A stretch of 64,000 nt of DNA from Lama guanicoe (Eukaryota), in assembly GCA_013239625.1 (NCBI GenBank), contig MU054122.1, forward strand, positions 584,773 through 648,772, written 5' to 3'. The notes beneath the pieces were generated by a model that saw only the letters and a program-made list of their open reading frames with translations, ran no database searches and was not told the DNA's origin. The translations under genes and the position numbers were made by a program. This document shows, one piece after another, positions 39,630 to 50,897 of the stretch. Position 1 is the first letter of the stretch, and each line of letters opens with the position of its first letter.

Positions 39630-42007
39630 TCAAATTTGCCTTCCTTATAAGGACACCAGTCATGTTACATTAGGGTCCACCCTGATTTCATATTAACTTA
39701 TTACCTCAGTAAATATCCAATTTCCAGGTATAGTCACATTCTGAGGTACTGAGTGTTGGGATGTCAACATGTCTCTTTCAAGGAACATAACTGAACCCAA
39801 AACAGTCAGCTTTCTGCCCCTGAACCCAAATTCATATTCTTCCCATATGCAAGATAGATTCACTCCATCCCAGCATCTCCAAAACTTTTGATCATTCCAG
39901 CATCAACCTTAAGTCCAATATCTCTCCTAACATGACTAACTCAGAGCCGCCAAACTCATCATCTAAACCATCCACATCAGTTATAGGTAATGGTTGGGAT
40001 ATAGTTCATCTTGGGGCAAAATTCCTCCCCACCTGTATACCTGTAAAACCAGGCAACAAGTTACTTGCTTCCAGAATAGAATGGTGGGACTGGCATAGGA
40101 TAGATATTCCCATTCCAAAGTGGAGAAATTGGAAGGAAGAAAGAAGTCATGGGTCCCAGGCAAATCCAAGACCTGGCAGGACAAATTTCATTAAATGTTA
40201 AGGCTTGAGAATAAACCTCTGTGCCTGAACACTCTGTTCTCTGGGGTCATCAGGGTGGGGGCTCCATCCAGTTGGCCAAGGGAAGCAGCCCCACCCTCTA
40301 GATCTGAGAAGGGAGACCCTGGTGGCCGTGGCAGCTTCTCTTGCATCTGAAGCACCATCAAGTCATTCTTCCCTTTCCTTGAAGGATAGTACGTATTAGC
40401 AGCCAGATAGCTTCTATTAGCCTATTTCCTGCCTGTTGTATCCCGGAAGTCTTCCTTCGCTTCGTCCCATCCCCCTTCAGTGCAAGCTGTCAGTATTTAT
40501 GCTGAGGTGGTTGAATGGATTCACAAGCCACACCCTTAGAGTTCTCTCCAGAACATGCTCTCTCATTTTTTCTGCTTTTTTTTTCTTTTTCTGCAGAATA
40601 GGCTGAGAATTTTTCTGAATCTTCAAGTTCTGGCCCCTTTTTGCTTAACAGTTCCCTCTTCAGTGTGTCTCTTGCCTTTTACTGTAGTCAGCAAGGAGAA
40701 ACCAGGCAGAGCCTTTGACATTTTGCTTAGAAATCTCCTCAGCGAAGCATCTAAGTTCATTGCTTACAAGTTCTACTTTCTACCCAACAAAACACCTTTC
40801 AGCCAAGTTTGCTTCCACTTATAAAAAGGATCACCTTTCCTCCAGTTTCCAATAACATGGTCTTCATTTCTGCCTGAGACATCACCAGAAGCACTTTTAA
40901 CATTCATATTTCTACCAACTTTCTGTTCATAACAATATTTGTATCTTCTAGGGTGATAGAGATTTTTTAAAAATTCAATTTATTAATTTTTTTTGTTCTC
41001 ATTTTGGGGGGAAGTAATTAGGCTTGTTTATTTATTTTATTAAAATATTTATTTATTATTGTATTATTTAAATTTTTTAAAATTTTGGCAGGATGGTGGG
41101 GGGGTAATTAGGTTTATTTATTTTTGGAGGAGGAGGTACTGGGGATTGAACTCAGAACCTCATGCATACTAAGCATGGACTCTACCACTGAGCTATACCC
41201 TCCCCCCTTATTTATTTTAATGGAGGTACTGGGGATTGAACCGAGGACCTTGTACATGCTAAGCATGTGCTCTATCACTAAGCTATACCCTCCCCCCAAT
41301 AGTTGTTTTTTCTTTTAACTCTTTCCTAGCTCTCCTCTTTTCCTTCTGAGGAACCAGACTCTCCTTTAACTTCCATTTTCTGCTAATAGTCTCTTCTGAG
41401 CGACCCAGCCTTTTTCTATTGTGTATCTTTGGACTCTTCCAGACTCTTTCCATTACCCAATTCCAGAACCACTTCCACATTTTTTGGTATTTGTTACAGC
41501 AGTATCTCACTTCCCTATAGCAAAATCTGTTCATTTGCTAAGACTGACATAACAGAGGACTTCTGAGTGGGTGGTTTAAACAACAGAAGTGTACTGTCTA
41601 CCCATTCTGGAAGCTAGAAGTTCGAGATTAAGTTGTTGGCAGGTTTGGTTTCTTCTGAGGGCTGTGAGGCTGTGAGGGGTTCCAGGCCTCCCTCCTAGCC
41701 TCTGATGGTTTGCTGGCAATCTTTGGCAATGCTTGGCTTATAAATGCATCACCCTGATTTCTGCCTTCATCTTCACATGACATCTTCCTTTGTGTCTTCA
41801 CGTAGTCTTCCTTCTGTACATACCTGTCTCCAAATTTTCCTTTTTTATAAGGACACTGGTCTTATTGGGGCAGGACCTGCCCTAATGACCTCATTATAAA
41901 CTTACAATTTCTGTAAAAACCCCATTTCCAAAAAAGGTAACATTCTGAGATCCAGGGGTTGGGACTTTACCGTATCTTTTTGGGAGGACACAGTTCAACC
42001 CATAACA
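39630..42007 (-). mobile_element. MaLR (MLT1) provirus remnant: partial LTR + internal region + LTR (41528-42007)
   Basis: MLT1 motifs ttataaggacac..cacattctgag..cagttcaacccataaca at both ends, with MLT1-int-like sequence between. Confidence 0.8.
40965..41297 (-). mobile_element. Two head-to-tail camelid tRNA-derived SINE units with a long AT-rich tail
   Basis: ggaggtactggggattgaac..gagctataccctcccccc occurs twice (~41125-41207 and ~41220-41297). Confidence 0.88.
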
Positions 42008-42189
42008 CTCTTAACAAGTTATGAACATGTGTTAGCCGTAAATCAAGATTTTCAAATACAGATTAGCAGTATTTCTGACTAAATAAAACATAGATTTGTA
42101 TTGGCGTTCACTTATTAACTATTCCACTCATTCATTTAGTATTTATTGAATTCTTGCTATGTGTGCTGTGTGTTGGCATTCTCCAGCAT

Positions 42190-42657
42190 TATGGGGTTCT
42201 TGAACTTGGATGAGAAACAAGTTACATCTCTATTTTCACTAACCTCTAATTGAAAGTAGCATTTCTTTCTGTTATGAACGTTGCTAAAAACCACAGTTGT
42301 AGAGCAGGATCTGTAACTTTATTACGTAGATTTTTTTCATATCACATTACAACTGTTGCAGATACTTCAGGATATGGTTTGTGATCTTCACTATCTTGAA
42401 ATTATGAGCGACTAAAGTTTCCACTCGATCTTGAGTACTCCAAAGAAAATAAGAAAACAATGTGTTCTTAGATAGGTGTATATATTACCATATCAAAATG
42501 TTACAAGGACATGGATAACTGTATTTCAACATAATATTGCTTTGTTTTGTAAGTCTGTGTCTATTATGCATTTAAAAAATTGTATTCTGAGAGGCGTTCA
42601 TAGGATTTACCAGATTCTCAGGAAGTTAACTGTACAAAAAAGGTTGGAAACACTGTT
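42190..42657. mobile_element. hAT-Charlie DNA transposon (Charlie4a-like)
   Basis: gaacttggatg..tattttcactaacctctaa..aaaaaggttggaaacactg; family from recall. Confidence 0.65.
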
Positions 42658-43105
42658 GTAAACGCTAGAGATAAAGTAGTAAACAACTCAGATAAGGTGC
42701 CTGCTCCTTGGAACTTATCTTGGTTATAGGCAAAGAGTGTGACAAACAAATAAATAAGAAAAGAAATAATCGGCAGAATTTCAGGTAGTCATAAGGCTGC
42801 AAAAAACCACCCATATGTATATATACACATATATGACAAAGGGAGCCAGACATGGAAATTCTAGGAGTAGAGACTCCCGGGCAAAGAGGAATAACCAGTG
42901 TAAGACTTGAAGGTGGGGCGAGCTTGGTGTGGTCCCTGAATAACCAGAGGGTCGCATGGCTGGGGCTAAGTAGGCGTCAGGGAAGAGGCAGAAGAAAGTG
43001 AAGAGAGTAGGAGAAATAAGAAAAACCACATCATTTAGAACATGTAGGTGATGGCCATAGGTTTCAATTTTATTCTAATTACATGACTCATCCATTGGAG
43101 ATTTT

Positions 43106-43325
43106 GTGTGTGTGTTCAAGTAGTTGATTTATTTTATTTTTTTAAATATATATTTTTGTTGAAGTATAGACGATTTACAATGTTGTGTCAATTTCTGTTG
43201 TACAGCACAATGCTTCTGTCATACAGGAACATACATATATTCGTTTCATATTCTCTTTCACCATAAGTTACTACAAGATATTGAATACAGTTCCTGTGCT
43301 ATACAGTATAAACTTGTTTACCTAT
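43106..43325 (-). mobile_element. Short young L1 3' end
   Basis: L1 3' UTR; TSD cattg(g/a)agatttt (43093-43105 / 43326-43338). Confidence 0.8.
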
Positions 43326-45021
43326 CATTGAAGATTTTTTAAAATCTCTAAAATACACACATAATGTATTTTGTGGTAAAATATATGTAGAATTTGCTGT
43401 CTTATCCATTTTTAAGTGCACAGAGCATTGGCCTTTTGTACATTCACATGGGTGTGGTACCATCGCCACCATCCACCCACAGAACCCTCTTCATCGTGCA
43501 AACCTGAGAGTCTGTACGCATTGAACAATAACTCCCCTACTCCAGTCCTCCCAGCATTTCACTTTAGGGAGAAAATATCACTAGGCAAGAAGAGGCACTA
43601 ACAGGAAACCGGTTACGAAATACTGCAGATGAGAGATGCTTGTGAATGAACCAGGGTGTTATCAGAGGATAATTTGAAATGTATGTTGGCAGTCAATCAG
43701 ACAAGATTTCAGGATGATTGGAACAGGTATGGAGAAGAACGTGGGTTCTTTGCCAGGGATGTTAAGTCTGAGTGCCAATTAGACACCCAAGTGGAGGTGC
43801 CATGTAGACAGTTGGGTGTACATGTCCAGAGCTCAAGATGGAGGCTAGTATGCATATATTATAATATATTTGGGAGTCATGGGCAAGTGGTTGGTATTTA
43901 AAGCCATGGGAGTGGCTGAGATAATTGAGGGAGATAATACAAAGAAGAAGTGCAGGAATAACCCCTGCGGGCACTCATCTTTTAGAGATCAAGTGGGAAG
44001 AGGACGCTATGAATACCCTAGCCAGTCTCAGAGAGCTGAGCGCTGTGGGAACCTCAATCCCATTTAAAATTTCATCATACCTCTGGTCTTAGCAGGTCGT
44101 ACTGGGTCTGGCTATGACAGAGTGGCTATCCCACCCCCATCTAGTATCTATCCCTAGAACATCTAAGATGGGGCTGGGATGGAGGGAGACGTGGCTGGAA
44201 CAAGGAGAAATTCTAAGTCACATTTGAAAGACTCCAACACTTTTTGTACTTAAACACATACAATCCTATAAATGTAATTAGTTTAATATGTATTTAAGGA
44301 AAGAGGAGGTAAATAATTCATTATAGAAAAACTGAGTACATTTTATCTTTGCATACATTAATGATGCTAAATACACATTTTAATTCTCTCATGAAATAGA
44401 ATATTACTTAGAATGTTGCATATTATATCGCAATAACTATTTGATTCCTTGATCATGCAAGGCTTAAGAAGTGGTCCAAAAAACATTTTGAAAAGTTATA
44501 TGATCTTTTTGTATATTTGATTTTTTAAAAACATTGGTTCAAGTAAAAAACAATCCGGTATTTTCACTTTAAGTCAACTTTAAGTACCCAATACTGTGTC
44601 GTCTCTGAGTGTATTTTTTGAGAAATCAATTTTACAACTTAGGGTCTGGTGTCACTTGAGAAAGTCATGCTGTTCGTTTTTTGCAGTTTGTCACCAGAGC
44701 CTGAATTCTTGGGCAGGATTCTGGTGAATGAATTATGGAATTATTGTGTCATTTTCCCTGCACTGTGATGCTCTTAGCAGTCGGCAGTTTGCTCATTGAC
44801 TAGAAATCTCTCACACCTTTTTTTCTAGAAAAGCATCCTGGTTTGTGTGTGTGTGTTCCCCTTTGCCACACTCAAACATTTGGGAAATGGAAATGGGGAA
44901 GCAGTCGCTTCTTAGAAAAACTATAGATGAATGAAACAGGAACTGCAAAATTGGCAACATGTTAACAGGAACTGTTGATCTTGTACATTACTGCTTTTGC
45001 TTATTTTTTCTCCTTTGCTAG

Positions 45022-45094
45022 GAGACCTGTTATGGTGATGTGTGTAGTACTCACCACACTTCCCAGCTTCAGCTTTTCCATAGCAGTGACTGAG
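45022..45094 (+). CDS. TMEM236: TMEM236 coding exon 2
   Basis: Acceptor tcctttgctAG, donor GTATGG at 45095. 73 bp; completes the TGG codon from exon 1 and reads RPVMVMCVVLTTLPSFSFSIAVTE. 257+73=330 bp keeps the frame. Confidence 0.93.
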
Positions 45095-45293
45095 GTATGG
45101 AATTTTAATTTCTTCTGCTGCAAGATTTTGAGATTTTACAATGTCCTTTGTTATTAAAACTTTTTAGAGAGGTGTGCCCAACAAGTTTCTTAAAGTTTAT
45201 TTTCTCTCGTCTTCTTCCATGTTGCAATATATATATTTAAAGTGCTAAGATCATTGTTACCTCTGTGATTGTGAAGGAAGGTCTAGCAGCCAA

Positions 45294-48200
45294 TTAAAAA
45301 AAAAAAACTGCTGCTGTGTTTGGGTAAGTGAGAAAGGAATGTTATTTGCAAATAATAAAAAAGCAAGGAATTTGAGAGTAGATCCACATTTGTTTCTTCT
45401 GACCTGATGTTTTTCATGAGTGTCCTCAGTTCTAAATGGAATAAAACAGTATCCAAAGGAACAACCACTCTCACCCCATACTAAGACCTTTGGTAATATG
45501 TCCATTGACAAATAATTTGTACATGATATTTATTTAACAATAAGTTTAAATTTACGTTTAAACTAAATGCAGCTTCAAAGGGACCCTGATGGATAGTTGG
45601 ATAGGCACCGGCAGTTCAGGAATATTGGAGGCAGAACTTGCAGGCTGTGAGAACTTTATTACCTGAGAAGTTCAAAGCTGAATGCCCTGCTAATCCTATT
45701 AATTTGCAAGGTGCTGTGAAAGATATCATTTTAATTAATTAATTAAATTTTCATTTACATGTTGAGTAGGTAGTCATTAAGTGCATGTTACATCCCAAGC
45801 ACAGTGTTAGGTACAGAGGGTAGAGCCCTCAAAAAATTTTGACAGAGTCTCTGGCCTTCGGTAATTATTTGTTGACAGTAGAGAGAAAAATAAACAGGCA
45901 GTTAGAATCAGTATGAACAGTGCTGTGAGAGCGATGAGTGCTGGGTGATCTACCATTAGAAATTACATGACCATTAGAAGATGTCCTAAATGCAGCATTA
46001 GGACCGTCGATGAAAGCACAAAGTAATCTCGGAAGGACACACAGATGTATGTTGCATCAAACTGCAGCACATGAGTATTTTAATCTGGACTTATCATTTT
46101 CTCCTCCTTCCTCCCCAAAGACCTTGTAAAGCACTTGGAAGGTCCCCAAGAGCTTCAAAATTTCAGTTTACAAACGTTCAAGGAACACCACTCTCATAGA
46201 TGATAGTCTGTCGTTTGAGTCCCCTTTTTGGGGTTCTTTCCCGTTATGTCCCACCCACAGCTACATGTTTTTCTTCCTTTTTTTTCTTATTTAATTTTTC
46301 ATTGAAGCATAACGCATGAACAGAAAGTTCACACAGCATAAATATGCAATGTTAATGGGATACCATAAAGCAAACCCCTGTGGAAATACCACTCAGGTCA
46401 AAAAATGAAACTTTGCCAGTTCTTTCAAAGCCACCTCCATACTCCATACTCTCCCTCCTCCCCAAAGGTAGCTTCTACCTTAACTTCTAATATCACGATT
46501 AGTTTATCTGTTTTTGAAAGCTTTATAAAGGGAAATCAAATTATCTACTACCTATCTGTCTGTCTGTCTGTCTATCTATCCATCCATCTAATATGTGTCT
46601 CTCTCTTTGTATTCAGAAGTATGGGTCACTCATGTTTTGTGTATAGCTGTAGTTCATTTTTTTCATCCCTGTAGAGTATTTCATTATATGAATATATCAC
46701 AATTTATTCATTAATTCTATTCTTGATGGCCATTTTAGTTTCCAGTTTTGGCTATTATAAATAATGCTGCTATGAACATCCTTGAATGTGTCTCTTGGTG
46801 CCCATGTGTAAGCATCTGAGTAGGTTAAATGTGCAGGAGTAGAACTGATGGATCATAAGATATATTCAACTGCTCAGTTGTAGCAGACACTGCCAATTTT
46901 CCAAAGAGATGATGCTAATTTAGCCTCCCACTAGCAGAGAATGAGCAATCACATTGCTCCCTACCCTCACCAGCACTTAATTTGTAAGTCTTTTCATTTT
47001 AAACATTCAGGTGAGTATATTCTTGAATTTCAATGTCATTTTCAATTGCATTTCCCCAGTAAGTGATGAGATTTAGCATGTTTTTCATCTTGCTCATTTT
47101 TTTCCATCATGTGTTGCTTATCTTTTAAAAATGGATTTGAAAAAATTATTTGTATATTCAGATTTCAAGACCTTTGTTGATTATATATAGTGCAAATATC
47201 TTCTCATTCTGTGACTTCATGCTGTTAATGATATCTTTTTCTGATGAAGAGTTCTTAATTTTAAAATAGTCCAGTGTATCAATTTCTTTCCTTTATAGAT
47301 ATTGCTTTTGGTAACTTATTTGAGAAGATTTTGTCATATTGTGAATCTGAAACTTGAAGTCCTGAAGATAATCTCCTGTATTATATTTTGGAGGCTATAT
47401 CGTTTTGTCATTCTCTTTTAGATTCATAATCCATTTGGAACTAATTTTTGTGTATGTTGCTCAGTAGGGAACCAAGGTTTTTTTTTTAAAAAAAAAAAAA
47501 AAACTGCTGCTGTGTTTGGGTAAGTGAGAAAGGAATGTTATTTGCAAATAATAAAAAAGCAAGGAATTTGAGAGTAGATCCACATTTGTTTCTTCTGACC
47601 TGATGTTTTTCATGAGTGTCCTCAGTTCTAAATGGAATAAAACAGTATCCAAAGGAACAACCACTCTCACCCCATACTAAGACCTTTGGTAATATGTCCA
47701 TTGACAAATAATTTGTACATGATATTTATTTAACAATAAGTTTAAATTTACGTTTAAACTAAATGCAGCTTCAAAGGGACCCTGATGGATAGTTGGATAG
47801 GCACCGGCAGTTCAGGAATATTGGAGGCAGAACTTGCAGGCTGTGAGAACTTTATTACCTGAGAAGTTCAAAGCTGAATGCCCTGCTAATCCTATTAATT
47901 TGCAAGGTGCTGTGAAAGATATCATTTTAATTAATTAATTAAATTTTCATTTACATGTTGAGTAGGTAGTCATTAAGTGCATGTTACATCCCAAGCACAG
48001 TGTTAGGTACAGAGGGTAGAGCCCTCAAAAAATTTTGACAGAGTCTCTGGCCTTCGGTAATTATTTGTTGACAGTAGAGAGAAAAATAAACAGGCAGTTA
48101 GAATCAGTATGAACAGTGCTGTGAGAGCGATGAGTGCTGGGTGATCTACCATTAGAAATTACATGACCATTAGAAGATGTCCTAAATGCAGCATTAGGAC

Positions 48201-49684
48201 CGTCGATGAAAGCACAAAGTAATCTCGGAAGGACACACAGATGTATGTTGCATCAAACTGCAGCACATGAGTATTTTAATCTGGATTTATCATTTTCTCC
48301 TCCTTCCTCCCCAAAGACCTTGTAAAGCACTTGGAAGGTCCCCAAGAGCTTCAAAATTTCAGTTTACAAACGTTCAAGGAACACCACTCTCATAGATGAT
48401 AGTCTGTTGTTTGAGTCCCCTTTTTGGGGTTCGTTCCCGTTATGTCCCACCCACAGATACATGTTTTTCTTTCCTTTTTTTTCTTATTTAATTTTTCATT
48501 GAAGCATAATGCATGAACAGAAAGTTCACACAGCATAAATATGCAATGTTAATGGGATACCATAAAGCAAACCCCTGTGGAAATACCACTCAGGTCAAAA
48601 AATGAAACTTTGCCAGTTCTTTCAAAGCCACCTCCATACTCCATACTCTCCCTCCTCCCCAAAGGTAGCTTCTACCTTAACTTCTAATATCACGATTAGT
48701 TTATCTGTTTTTGAAAGCTTTATAAAGGGAAATCAAATTATCTACTACCTATCTGTCTGTCTGTCTGTCTATCTATCCATCCATCTAATATGTGTCTCTC
48801 TCTTTGTATTCAGAAGTATGGGTCACTCATGTTTTGTGTATAGCTGTAGTTCATTTTTTTCATCCCTGTAGAGTATTTCATTATATGAATATATCACAAT
48901 TTATTCATTAATTCTATTCTTGATGGCCATTTTAGTTTCCAGTTTTGGCTATTATAAATAATGCTGCTATGAACATCCTTGAATGTGTCTCTTGGTGCCC
49001 ATGTGTAAGCATCTGAGTAGGTTAAATGTGCAGGAGTAGAACTGATGGATCATAAGATATATTCAACTGCTCAGTTGTAGCAGACACTGCCAATTTTCCA
49101 AAGAGATGATGCTAATTTAGCCTCCCACTAGCAGAGAATGAGCAATCACATTGCTCCCTACCCTCACCAGCACTTAATTTGTAAGTCTTTTCATTTTAAA
49201 CATTCAGGTGAGTATATTCTTGAATTTCAATGTCATTTTCAATTGCATTTCCCCAGTAAGTGATGAGATTTAGCATGTTTTTCATCTTGCTCATTTTTTT
49301 CCATCATGTGTTGCTTATCTTTTAAAAATGGATTTGAAAAAATTATTTGTATATTCAGATTTCAAGACCTTTGTTGATTATATATAGTGCAAATATCTTC
49401 TCATTCTGTGACTTCATGCTGTTAATGATATCTTTTTCTGATGAAGAGTTCTTAATTTTAAAATAGTCCAGTGTATCAATTTCTTTCCTTTATAGATATT
49501 GCTTTTGGTAACTTATTTGAGAAGATTTTGTCATATTGTGAATCTGAAACTTGAAGTCCTGAAGATAATCTCCTGTATTATATTTTGGAGGCTATATCGT
49601 TTTGTCATTCTCTTTTAGATTCATAATCCATTTGGAACTAATTTTTGTGTATGTTGCTCAGTAGGGAACCAAGGTTTTTTTTTT
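45294..49684. repeat. Tandem duplication of ~2.2 kb (copy 1 ~45294-47487, copy 2 ~47488-49684)
   Basis: Sequence from 45308 repeats from 47504 (offset 2196-2197); identical duplicated ORFs at 46405 and 48602. Confidence 0.97.
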
Positions 49685-50350
49685 CCAAATATCTAATGAA
49701 CTAAACACCATTTATTAAAAAGTATGTCCTTGTGACATTTCTCTGCAGTGCTACTTTTGTTATAAATCAGATGTGTGTGTACATGGTCTATTCTGAGCTT
49801 TCTGTTCTGTTCCATTGTCTACTTTTCTATTCCTATGCCAACACCACACTGTATTAATTCTTGTAGCTTTATAATAGCTCTTTTTAATCCAGAAGAGAAA
49901 ACCTTTATATCTTCTTTTTTTTTTCTTCTAGAATGTCTTGCCCTTTGTATTTCCATATAAATTTTAGAATCAGCTTGCCATTTTCCACAAAAAATGTTGG
50001 AATTTTCACTGATGTATCAAATGGCATCATTTTTTAAAAAAACTTACTTTCTCTTTGTTGTTGCTATGTAGAAGTAATTTATTCATTTTGAGGAGAATGT
50101 CTCCATATACAATCATATAGTCTATACATAATGATATTTTGTTTTTATTTCCTTCCAATACTTATACTGCTTATTTTTTTCTCTTGCCTTATTACACTGG
50201 CTAAGACCTCTAGGACAATGTCAAACAGAAATGGTCATAATGTAGCCTTTGTCTTCTCCCTGATCTCAGAGGGAAAACTCTTAACATATTGCCATTAACA
50301 TGATGTTTGCCATAGGCTTTTTTGTAGATACCTTAAACAGATGAAGGAAG
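46280..50350 (-). mobile_element. Old L1M fragment, partly duplicated by the tandem repeat (46280-47487 and 48477-50350)
   Basis: ccagttttggctattataaataatgctgctatgaacat, ttgcatttccc and aattttagaatcagcttg L1 motifs. Confidence 0.75.
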
Positions 50351-50758
50351 TGATCCGAAACGTAGCTTGGTTTACCCAGCTCTCTCTTCTTGGAAGACCC
50401 AGCACTCTAGTATTTGTCCCCCTGGCTCTTTGAGCTAGGACTCTCAAAGGTTCTGTTTAGCAGCAGGGTTGGGAAAGGTTCGCCGTTCCAGTATTCCAGG
50501 AACCTACTGTTATATTTTCACATTTTGCCAAGTTCTATCTTTAACTGAAAGCTCTTCCATTGATAAGAATCCTTATTACATCTTTAGAAATGATTCAAAA
50601 CCTTGTGGGGCTGAACACCTAAAAGGCTGAAAACCAGGCCTCTAGTCTTATAGTAAATGTATTTAGAATTAATTTAACACCACTTTCAGACACCTCAAAG
50701 AATTTTGAACAAAGAAAGCACAAAAATTTAATGCTTCTAAATGGTCTTCTGAAAACAG

Positions 50759-50897
50759 GTTCAGAAGAATGTTAATGGTTCTGCCGTGTTGCCTGATATG
50801 TTACCTGACCTGCCAGTCTCTCTGGTTCTGACTTGCTTGATCATGGTTGATATTATTGAAAAACTCAGGACATATCCTCTTAGAGGGCAGCTAAAGA
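50759..50897 (+). CDS. TMEM236: TMEM236 coding exon 3
   Basis: Acceptor aaacAG (50757-50758), donor GTAAGT at 50898. Reads [46 protein letters not shown] in frame with exon 2. Absent from the ORF track. Confidence 0.92.
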
